Assembly (NCBI GenBank): GCA_050952525.1
Contig: JBMNLC010000002.1
Location: 128,831 to 192,830, forward strand
Direction of reading: 5' to 3'
Origin: Clostridia bacterium
GTDB lineage: Bacteria > Bacillota > Clostridia > Christensenellales > JBMNLC01
DNA length: 64,000 bases
Each line of letters opens with the position of its first letter. Position 1 is the first letter of the stretch. Under the pieces are notes generated by a model. The model had not been told where the DNA came from. It did no database searches and was given only the letters and a program-made list of their open reading frames with translations. Shown here piece by piece: positions 1 through 8,756 of the stretch. The translations under genes and the position numbers were made by a program.

Positions 1-1799
1 GAATCCCTGACTGAATTAGGTACCATCATGGGCTCCGGCGGCCTGATTATCATGGATGAGGACACCTGTATGGTGGATATCGCCAAGTTTTTCCTGGATT
101 TTGTTCAGGAGGAGTCCTGTGGAAAATGTACTCCCTGCCGGATTGGGACCAAGCGGATGTTGGAGATTCTGGACCGGATCAGCAAGGGCCAGGGCAGGGA
201 AGGAGATATCGAGACTTTGGAGCGGCTGGGTCAGGAAATCATGGATACGGCCCTGTGCGGGCTGGGTCAGTCAGCACCCAACCCGGTATTAAGCACCATT
301 CGCTATTTCCGGGATGAATACGAAGCCCATATTCGGCATGGGAAATGTCCGGCCTCCGTATGTGCCTCTCTTTTTAATGCGCCATGCATGAATGCCTGTC
401 CGGCGGGAGTGGATGTACCCCGTTATATCGAGATGATCCAGAGAGGCCAGTACGCACGGGCGGTGGATGTCATCCGGGAGCGGAATCCCCTGCCAGCTGT
501 GTGTGGTCGGGTATGCGATCATCCCTGTGAATCCAAATGCAGGAGAGATCAGATTGATGATCCCCTGGCCATTCGCGCTCTTAAACGCTTTGCAGCGGAT
601 TGTGAACTGGAGCATTGGGATGAGCTGTATTTCAACCGTGAAATCGTGCCGGTGGCTAATAGAGATAAATCGGTAGCAGTCGTAGGAGGAGGTCCGGCGG
701 GTATTACTGCAGCCTATTATCTCTCCCAGTGGGGCTATCCCGTTACCTTGTTTGAGGCAGCGCCCGTCCTGGGAGGAATGCTGGCATTGACCATTCCGGA
801 ATACAGACTACCCAAAAAAGTTCTCTTCAATGAGATTGATCGATTGATGGAAGGGGTTAACGTCATTACGAATTTCCGGGTAGGCAGGGATATGTCTTTG
901 AAGGAGTTGTAGCAGCGATTCCAGGCAATTTTCCTGGCGATCGGAACTCACAAGGCGGCGACCATGGGGATCGAGGGAGAAGATTTGAAGGGTGTCACCA
1001 ATGCCCTGGACTTCCTGAAAAGGGTAAACCTCAATATGCCTGTGGAAGTGGGCAAGAGGGTTGTGGTGGTAGGCGGCGGTAACTCTGCTGTCGATGCTGC
1101 CCAGGTCGCCCTGCGCATGGGCGCCGGAGAGGTAAGACTTCTTTACAGAAGGACCCGACAGGAAATGCCGGCCATCAAACAGGAAATTCAGGATGCGATT
1201 GATGAAGGCATTAAGCTTCATACCCTGACGTCCCCTCTGCGGATCATTGGAGATGCATATGGCAGGGCGTTGGGGATGGAATGCTCCCGCATGGATTTAG
1301 GTGGCTTTGATTCGTCGGGACGTAGAAGGCCCTATTTCAGGGAAGGATCCAGATTCCGAATGTGGATACCGTGATCATGGCGATAGGCATGGAAGGCGAC
1401 TGGGAGGACCTTCAGGCGGAAATGCCGGAGATTTTCCATAGGAACAAGGTGGCCAGACAAGGGGAAGAAAGCCTTATGACCCCCATACCCGGTATTTTTG
1501 CCGGAGGAGACTGCGCCAGGGGAGCCGATACCGTTATCCGGGCCATCGCGGACGGACGTCAAGCTGCCCTCGCCATTGACAGGTATCTGGGGGGCAATCG
1601 GGAAGAAGAGGAGAAGAAGATCAGCTATCCACGAAGATATTTTGCACCGGTAGTGGAGAACAGGTTGGACCGGGTAGAAATCCCCGTACTGCCGGCTAAT
1701 GAACGAAGATTCTCCAATGTAGAGGTGGAGTTGTGCCTCAGTGCAGAGGATTACAGAAAAGAAGCCCTTCGCTGCCTCCGATGCGATGTAAAGGATTAA
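1..1799 (+). pseudogene. NuoF-like / GltD-like fusion flavoprotein, the NAD(P)H-side partner of the adjacent [FeFe] hydrogenase. The 5' end lies outside the window. Broken by an in-frame TAG and one frameshift.
   Basis: Frame 1 reads from nt 1: [39 protein letters not shown] (NuoF C-terminal Fe-S region). GltD-type motifs follow: [68 protein letters not shown]. The TAG at 910-912 is in frame with ORF 964..1374. The frame switches 1->3 between ~1330 and 1362. Confidence 0.8.
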
Positions 1800-1811
1800 G
1801 GGGGGAAGGAT

Positions 1812-3539
1812 ATGGAAAGGATTCATTTGACGATAGACGGACAGGAAATAGCCGTGCCGAAGGGTACGACGATTCTGAAGGCAGCCCGGGAAGCCGGGGT
1901 GGAAATCCCCACCTTGTGTTATCTGGAGGGTATCCATGAAATTGGTGCATGCCGGGTTTGTGTGGTGGAGGTAAAGGGGGCAAAAACACTGCTCCCATCC
2001 TGCATCACCCAGGTTTCGGAAGGGATGGAGGTGATAATCCATTCACCAAGGGTAAGGAGAGCACGGAAATCCATCATCAACCTCCTCCTTTCGGATCATC
2101 CCGAGGATTGTCTTAGCTGTGGGAAGGCCGGAAGGTGTGAATTGCAGGAAATGGCAAGAAATCTTGGCATTCGAGACAATCCCTATGTCGGTGAGCATTC
2201 CAGGCAGTATTATGATGAGAGCACCCCGTCGATTATTCGGGATTCTTCCAAATGTATCCTCTGCGGGCGATATCTGAGCGTATGCAGCCAGGTACAGGGA
2301 GTCAATGCCATTGCACCCATTGGCCGAGGATTTAAGACTACCATCTCGCCTGCATACCGGGATGAGCTGTCGGAGGTCTCCTGTGTGCTCTGCGGTCAAT
2401 GTACGATAGTATGTCCCACGGGAGCTTTGATGGAAAGGAGATATACGGAGGAGGTTTGGAAGGCTTTAGAGGATAAGGATCTTCATACCGTTATCCAGGT
2501 GGCACCTGCCATTCGTGCATCCATCGGCGAGGAATTTGGGATGGTGCCGGGTACCATAGTGACGGGAAAATTGGTGACGGCTTTGAAGAGGATGGGGTTT
2601 GATAAGGTCTTTGATACAGTTTTCACAGCCGATTTGACCATCGTGGAGGAAGGACACGAGCTTTTGGATCGAATGGAGAAGGGCGGCAAATTGCCCATGA
2701 TCACCTCCTGCAGTCCAGGCTGGATCAAGTTTATCGAGCATCAGTATCCCGATTTGCTGGATCATGTATCCACCTGTAAATCACCCCAGCAAATGTTCGG
2801 AGCCATCATGAAGACCTATTACGCAGAGAAGATGGGAGTTGATCCCAAGCGGATCTTTACCGTATCCGTTATGCCCTGTACCGCTAAAAAATTCGAAGCC
2901 AGCCGTCCTGAAATGGGCCGTGACGGATACAGGGATGTCGATGCAGTGCTCACGACACGGGAACTGGCGGATATGCTGCGGGAAGCATGCATCGATTTTA
3001 ACAGCCTGGAAGATCAGCCCTTTGATAACCCCTTTGACCAAGGGTCGGGAGCAGGGGTCATCTTTGGAAATACCGGCGGGGTCATGGAAGCAGCCCTTCG
3101 CACCGTTTACGAGCTGGTAACAGGACAGGAGCTTCCGGGATTGTCCATGAAAGCCATTCGGGGCTTGGAAGGTGCCAAAGACGCTCAGGTAAGCCTCGGA
3201 GATTCGGAAGTAAGAGTAGCGGCAGCCCATGGCTTATCCAATGTCCGTATCCTCCTTGAGGATATAAAGGAAGGCAGGAGTCCTTACCAGTTCATTGAAA
3301 TCATGTGCTGTCCGGGGGGCTGCATAGGAGGCGGCGGTCAACCCATCCCCACCAATGATGAAATACGAAGGGCCAGAATAGAAGGCCTGTACAGGGAAGA
3401 TGAAGAACTAGCCGTGCGAAAATCTCATGAAAATCCCGTTGTCCAGGAATTATATGAGGATTTCCTTGGGGAACCTTTGGGCGAGCTTTCTCATCGACTT
3501 CTTCACACCCATTATACTCCAAGGTATACACCGAAATAA
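1812..3539 (+). CDS. hydA: [FeFe] hydrogenase catalytic subunit (CpI-like M3 architecture)
   Basis: 575 aa. N-terminal 2Fe-2S region (LCYLEG..GACRVCVVEV), HPEDCLSCGKAGRC, ferredoxin-like CVLCGQCTIVCP. H-cluster motifs TSCSPGW / MPCTAKKFE / EIMCCPGGCIGGGGQP. Purine-rich SD (AAGGGGGGAAGGA) sits before ATG 1812. Confidence 0.9.
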   Translation: MERIHLTIDGQEIAVPKGTTILKAAREAGVEIPTLCYLEGIHEIGACRVCVVEVKGAKTLLPSCITQVSEGMEVIIHSPRVRRARKSIINLLLSDHPEDCLSCGKAGRCELQEMARNLGIRDNPYVGEHSRQYYDESTPSIIRDSSKCILCGRYLSVCSQVQGVNAIAPIGRGFKTTISPAYRDELSEVSCVLCGQCTIVCPTGALMERRYTEEVWKALEDKDLHTVIQVAPAIRASIGEEFGMVPGTIVTGKLVTALKRMGFDKVFDTVFTADLTIVEEGHELLDRMEKGGKLPMITSCSPGWIKFIEHQYPDLLDHVSTCKSPQQMFGAIMKTYYAEKMGVDPKRIFTVSVMPCTAKKFEASRPEMGRDGYRDVDAVLTTRELADMLREACIDFNSLEDQPFDNPFDQGSGAGVIFGNTGGVMEAALRTVYELVTGQELPGLSMKAIRGLEGAKDAQVSLGDSEVRVAAAHGLSNVRILLEDIKEGRSPYQFIEIMCCPGGCIGGGGQPIPTNDEIRRARIEGLYREDEELAVRKSHENPVVQELYEDFLGEPLGELSHRLLHTHYTPRYTPK

Positions 3540-3636
3540 TTGCATTTTGTATGCTTCTTTTACGGCTTCCTGAATAAAATAGTTATAAAAGGGAAAGATG
3601 TATGTGTAAATGGAAAAATAATGAAGGAGCCGTAAG

Positions 3637-3927
3637 ATGAAGGATATGGATAAAATAAAATCCGATTTTGTTGAGGACACGATACGCAGATACACGGAAG
3701 AGGCTAACCGGAAACTGGAAGGGCAGTTTTCCGGAACGCGGGAGGCCATGCTGATTATTTCCAGGGAGAAGGTACAGGAATTCATGTTGAGGGCGGACCG
3801 TGGCTTGGATAAGGAGGAACGGGAACTGCTGAAATTATTCATATTGAGCAGCATGATGCAGTCCTTCTGTCTGGGATATGGGCTTGGAAAAATCGAAGGC
3901 CAAACATCGCAAGCCATATATTTATAG
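3637..3927 (+). CDS. hypothetical protein (96 aa)
   Basis: ORF with SD AAGGAG 7 nt upstream of the ATG and an intrinsic terminator directly after the stop. No family recognised. Confidence 0.5.
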   Translation: MKDMDKIKSDFVEDTIRRYTEEANRKLEGQFSGTREAMLIISREKVQEFMLRADRGLDKEERELLKLFILSSMMQSFCLGYGLGKIEGQTSQAIYL

Positions 3928-3960
3928 GGGATACCCAGAGGGTATCCCTCTCTTTGTATT
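3928..3960 (+). terminator. rho-independent terminator
   Basis: GGGATACCC-AGA-GGGTATCCC perfect 9-bp stem followed by a T-rich tract (TCTCTTTGTATT). Confidence 0.7.
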
Positions 3961-4071
3961 TGAATGAAGGCTAAAATGCCTTTTTATTTTTTGCATCATA
4001 TACATCAGGATGACGTATAATGAGGAAAGATAGCCCCGATTTTGGCTATATTATTGGAAGGGAGACAGGGA

Positions 4072-4590
4072 ATGAAGACGTTACCGGACATTATACGGCC
4101 CGGGCTGAAAGTGCTGTTTATAGGTTACAATCCCGGCTCAAGATCGGCCCGGCTGGGACACCATTATGCAGGAAAGAACAATCGATTCTGGCGGCCGCTG
4201 AAGGAATCAGGCCTCCTGCCGAAGTCTTTGTTCTATGAAGAGGATTGGAGACTCTTGCAATATGGATACGGATCTACCAACATCGTATCCCGTCCTACTC
4301 GAACTGCTGCCGAAATTAGCAGGGAAGAATTCAGGGAAGGGAGCATGGAGTTAGCTCGAAAGCTGGAGCTTTATAAGCCTCGTATTGCCTGCTATTGTGG
4401 TATAGGTGTTTATAAGGCATTTACAGGCCGGGCTCAAGTGTCCACGGGCCTTCAGAAGGCGGGTAGGGTTCCCGGGGTAATGGACTATGTCTGCTCATCA
4501 CCCAGTGGACTGAATCGTATTTCCTATGAGGAACAGTTGAAATGTTTTCTGGGATTGAAAGAATTATTGGAGGCTCTGGAAGATCGATAG
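4072..4590 (+). CDS. mug: G/U mismatch-specific uracil-DNA glycosylase (Mug/TDG family)
   Basis: LKVLFIGYNPGSRSARLGHHYAGKNNRFWRPL matches the Mug GxNPG...NRFW signature. ATG 4072 is preceded by GGGAGACAGGGA. The ORF track starts at an upstream alternative codon (4042). Confidence 0.75.
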   Translation: MKTLPDIIRPGLKVLFIGYNPGSRSARLGHHYAGKNNRFWRPLKESGLLPKSLFYEEDWRLLQYGYGSTNIVSRPTRTAAEISREEFREGSMELARKLELYKPRIACYCGIGVYKAFTGRAQVSTGLQKAGRVPGVMDYVCSSPSGLNRISYEEQLKCFLGLKELLEALEDR

Positions 4591-4707
4591 AAGATGAAGG
4601 GTTTGATGGGAAAAAGAAGGATATTATAATTCAATGTCGAATCAAGAAAAAGAATGTTTTGTTGGGGGTCTTATATGAACGAAAATAAAGGTCTTAAGGA
4701 ATAACTG

Positions 4708-6346
4708 TTGATGGGCCTTATCGCTTTGCTTTGTATCCTTGTTCGCTATGGAATGATCATTCTCAAACCTTTCTTCTATCAGGTCTATCGGCAAGAATAT
4801 TACTTAACTTTTCATACCATGCTGGAATTTGCAAGTGTACTGATGGCATTTTCCATCTTTCCTGTGGCTTTTTATACCTTCCAACGGTCAAAGTGCCTTC
4901 GCACCCTAATTGTCGCTTGCCTTTTCCTGATGATTGGGTTGCTGGATTGCATTTCATACCTTGTCATACAAGGGAATGCCCGATTTTTTCACCTTCAACT
5001 GTGCCAACAAGGCCACGACCTTTTGGATCATTGGGCGCTTGATAACAGGATTGGGATTGATGCTGATCAGTTGGATGCCTTCTTCATGGACTGCAAAAAT
5101 GAGGGGAATCCACCATCTCATGATTACAGGATGCTTGGCTATCTGTGGATATTTCCTTTATATTGTCGCTTTCCGCCGCGGTGTGATTCCTCCCATGTTC
5201 ATTGAGGGCCAGGGTTTAACGCCCTTGAAGATATATTTGGAATATACGGTAATGGCTTTATTAGCTTTAGCGGCCTTTTTTTACCTGCTGCGTTTTCGAA
5301 GAACAGAAAAGAAGGTCTATGCCTGGATGGTGATGGGACTGGTGGTGAGTATAGCCAGTGAAGTGGCTTTCACTCAGTATGCCAATGTATACGATACCTA
5401 TAATCTTTTGGGTCATCTTTACAAGATGATTGCCTTCTATATCTTCTTTAAGGCCTTTTTTGTGGCCAATGTACAACAACCCTATGATGAATTGGCTGCT
5501 GCAAGAAGGGAAGTGCAGCATTATGCAGATCATTTGCTGGAATTGGTGGACTTGAGGACCCAGGAGATTTCTGAGGCGAACAAGAAACTGCTTCAGGATA
5601 TTGACTATGCCAGGAGCATCCAGATGGCATTGCTTCCTTCCAGCTTTCCGGAGATTGAGGGATTGGGCTTTGCCAGTCGCTATATTCCCTGTGAACGTAT
5701 TGGTGGAGATTTCTATAACGTGGTTCGGCTGGATGACGAGAATGTGGGCATCTATTTCGGAGATGTGGCAGGTCATGGCGTATCCGCAGCCATGATAACC
5801 GTTTTCCTGAACCAGTCCATTAAAATGAAAAGGGTGTACGATGATGGAAGTTATAAGCTCCTGCCTCCCAGGGAAGTGCTCTTGAACCTTTACCATGTGT
5901 ATAACAGAACGGAATTCCCCAAGGAGATTTATATGGTGATGCTCTATGGGCTTTACCACATCCCCACCAGGACCTTTACTTATTCATCCGGGGGTATGAA
6001 TGTACCCATGCTCCTCAAGCGGGGGGACGGCAGTGTGGAAAAGGTGGAGACGAACGGCTTCCCCATCTGCAAGTTTGGCGATCATTACAAGCCCATGTAT
6101 GAGAATCATCCGTTGCAGCTTGCCCCGGGGGACACCTTGGTTTTCTTTATGGACGGGTTAACAGAAGTGCATACCGAAGATCTTAAAATCTTTACCAGTG
6201 ATGATTTGGTGAAAATTATAGGAGAAATGCCCCCTATCTCAGAGATGGACATGGCGGAAGAAATCCTGGGCCATTACTACAGACTGCTGGGTTCCAGGGA
6301 AATGATAGATGACGTGACCCTCCTGATCATGGGCATTCATGAATAG
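4708..6346 (+). pseudogene. multi-TM sensor (MASE3-like) fused to a PP2C/SpoIIE-type serine phosphatase, frameshifted in the membrane domain
   Basis: Frame 1 (4708..) gives TM helices ending ..LFLMIGLLD. Frame 2 continues FHTLSYKGMPDFFTF..ATTFWIIGRL, then coiled coil, then PP2C motifs (ERIGGDFYNV, YFGDVAGHGVSAAM, LVFFMDGLTE, DDVTLLIM). The junction leaves 4 nt (4948-4951) between the two frames. Confidence 0.7.
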
Positions 6347-6376
6347 ATCGATATAGGAAGGGGTTTGTAAACGAAG

Positions 6377-6865
6377 ATGATGATTGTCGGTGTTGTATCG
6401 GATACCCATATACCTACAAGGGTAAGGCAACTGCCTTCCCAGCTTCTTGAAGGTCTTAAAGGGGTGGACAGGATTATCCATTGTGGCGATATCCTCATAC
6501 CCCAGGTTCTGGGTCAGCTTTGGGAAATTGCTCCTGTAGATGCGGTATTGGGAAATATGGACAGTCCTGCAGAATTTCCCAACCTGCCCTACAGGAAGGT
6601 GATCGAAGTTGGAGGCTTCAGGCTGGGAATAATCCATGGCCACAGTAGAAGCGGGTCAACCATACAAAGGGCCAGGGATGGGTTCGCTGAAGGGGCTGTA
6701 GACTGCATTCTTTTTGGCCATAGTCATATTCCTGTGATAGAGGAACGGAATGGGATCCTTATGCTGAACCCTGGATCGCCGACGGATAAACGAATGCAGA
6801 AGCAGTATTCTTACGGAAAGCTTTATCTGGATAAACGCATCAGACCTGAACTGGTATTTTTTTAA
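6377..6865 (+). CDS. YfcE/MJ0936-family metallophosphoesterase
   Basis: VVSDTHIP, IHCGDI, GNMD, IIHGH and GHSHIP metallophosphoesterase motifs in the canonical order; 162 aa. Confidence 0.8.
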   Translation: MMIVGVVSDTHIPTRVRQLPSQLLEGLKGVDRIIHCGDILIPQVLGQLWEIAPVDAVLGNMDSPAEFPNLPYRKVIEVGGFRLGIIHGHSRSGSTIQRARDGFAEGAVDCILFGHSHIPVIEERNGILMLNPGSPTDKRMQKQYSYGKLYLDKRIRPELVFF

Positions 6866-6903
6866 TTTGCTTGGAGCTTTCACAATAAAGAGGGGTTGAT
6901 AGA

Positions 6904-7423
6904 ATGAAGGAAAGGATCCAATTTATTACGCAAACAGCCCTACTGTTGGCATTGACCCTGATATTCCAGATGACCAGACCACTGTTTCCTCCTAATCTTG
7001 CCAGCTTCGCCGTAGGTTCTCTGGTAAATGCCTCCTTGCTGGTATCCGTAGGGATGGTAGGTCTATGGGGAGGTCTGATCATCAGCATCATTGCTCCGAT
7101 TGTTGCTTTTTTTTCAGCAGCAGATTAAATTCATTTGGATGGTACCCATTGTAGCCGTAGGAAATGCCATCATTGTTGTATTATTTGCTCTGCTTAGGAA
7201 GAGGAAGGAATGGTTAGCCCTCCTGGTCGGAGCGGTGGCGAAGTTCCTTTTTCTCTGGATTGCTATGGTGCAGTTGGCTATACCTCTTTCCGGCATAAAA
7301 GGGCCTGCCGCACAAGTCATGTCCTTAAGTTTCAGCTGGCCCCAACTGGTGACGGGAATCATTGGAGGAATCATCGCCATTACTGTCCTCCGGGTCCTGG
7401 AAAGGACTTTCCGTCGCCTATAA
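6904..7423 (+). pseudogene. small polytopic membrane protein (ECF-transporter S-component-like), frameshifted in a T8 run
   Basis: ORFs 6904..7128 (frame 1) and 7091..7423 (frame 2) are both all-hydrophobic helices. Removing one T from the T8 run at 7107-7114 joins ..APIVAFF to QQQIKFIWMVPIVAVGN as one ~170-aa protein. The family call is tentative. Confidence 0.45.
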
Positions 7424-7433
7424 AGAAATATGT

Positions 7434-7464
7434 AAAAAAGTCCATGGATCATGGACTTTTTTTT
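7434..7464. terminator. bidirectional intrinsic terminator between convergent genes
   Basis: A6-GTCCATG-GAT-CATGGAC-T8: a perfect stem flanked by an A-run and a T-run. Confidence 0.75.
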
Positions 7465-8484
7465 ATGGCTTTTCCTGTCCCTTCATAGCGGCCACCAATG
7501 CTTCCAGCTCCTTGGCGAGGATATCCATTTCCATAGACAGTTTTGTCAGCTTTTTGCTCATATCCTGGACTTGGGATCTCAATAGGACTGTTCTCTCCAG
7601 AACCTCTCCATAATTTCGAGGGATGGGAGATTTTTCCGGAGCTTGCTTCAGCAGCTCCTGAATTTTACCCATGGTTAAAGGTCCTACAATACCGTCCGGA
7701 TCCAATCCATTGTTTTTTTGGAATGCCAGTACGGCTCTCTCTGTAGCCTCTCCAAATATTCCATCCGCCCCATAAGGTTCCATATAGCTGCCATATCCCA
7801 ATTGGATAAGCATTTCCTGTAGTTTTTTCACATCAGACCCGCTCATTCCCTTCTTCAACATACGATCCGTTCCCCCTTCCGGTTCATTTTTCAAGTAGTT
7901 GTGAATGGCATCCGCCATTGCTTTGGCAGCCTTTGCTGAGATAGCAGGGTCCAATAGAAGCTTTTCTTCGGCAGGGTTGGTGTGAAAAGCCCTTTCCACT
8001 AAGAGGACGTGAGGAACCTCATAGGCTCATTCTTGCTTATTTTGGAGTAGTTGGTGGCAACATTGATAACCGTATAATAATCAAAACCAGGATACCTGGT
8101 GCTTGCCCTGGTTTTGGCGCCTCTGAAGCGGATACCGTAGGCTTTGGCAACAGCTTCTCCTACTTGCCGGGCCAGGTCTCGGTCTTTCGGACGATTGACG
8201 CTATAATAGACCGATGTTCCGCCGGCATTTTTGTCACTGAAGGCATTGCTGTGAATGCTGACAAAGAGTCGTGCTTTGTTACGGATGGCTACCATGGCCC
8301 TGTTGTTAAGGGACAGGCTGCTATTGTCCTTCCGGGTAAGGATCACATCATAATATGGAGCAAGCTCCTTTTGCAGTTTCAATGAAAACTCCAGGTTTCC
8401 GAAATGCTCATAATAAACGCCGGATATCCCGCGATTCTTGTTATCGCTGCCTCCATGACCGGGATCGATGGCGATGGTGTCCAT
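7463..8484 (-). pseudogene. N-acetylmuramoyl-L-alanine amidase (Amidase_3) with a peptidoglycan-binding domain and C-terminal coiled coil, frameshifted
   Basis: The N-terminal ORF 7999..8484 has IAIDPGHGGSD, LFVSIHSNA and DYYTVI. The downstream ORF 7463..7999 has VERAFHTNPAEE (end of the amidase fold) plus a PG_binding_1-like segment (MSGSDVKKLQEMLIQLGY..DGIFGEATERAVLAFQKNNGLDPDGIVG). In the second frame the sequence AYEVPHVLLVERAFHT is open back to 8026. Confidence 0.75.
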
Positions 8485-8756
8485 ACTCTTTTCTCCTTTC
8501 TAATTTTTCAACAGAGATCCTTTTTTATAGAATATGAAGTCCGGCTAAGGATTGATAGGGAAATCGGCCTGGGAATTTTGTCATATTGGATCGAGATATG
8601 GAGTCTTTTGGCATCTGATTTAGACACATTCAGGGAAAGAACTGCATAAGATAGTATAAAGCTTTTTGGGATAAACAGCTTACAAGTAAATTGGAGGCAA
8701 TAGAAAGGGAATCTATGCAGCTTTCATGATGAGCAAAAGGACAGAGGGGGCTTTTT

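Noticed and set aside
910-912. Reading TAG 910 as pyrrolysine and TGA 62633 as selenocysteine.
   Set aside because: Both codons serve as ordinary terminators elsewhere in the window. No pyl or sel genes are visible, no clear SECIS-like hairpin follows the TGA, and the TAG-bearing gene has a second lesion. These are kept as testable alternatives in the findings but not called.
1332-2042. Long antisense ORFs on the strand opposite to well-supported genes. Examples: 1332..2042, 5267..5959, 10096..10686, 11126..11968, 16087..16881, 24254..24925, 30631..31275, 40150..40626, 54641..55192, 57216..57737.
   Set aside because: Each lies entirely within a gene that has strong family motifs on the other strand. 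They have skewed, low-complexity composition (rich in G/P/S/R) and no SD-start context, so they are shadow ORFs.
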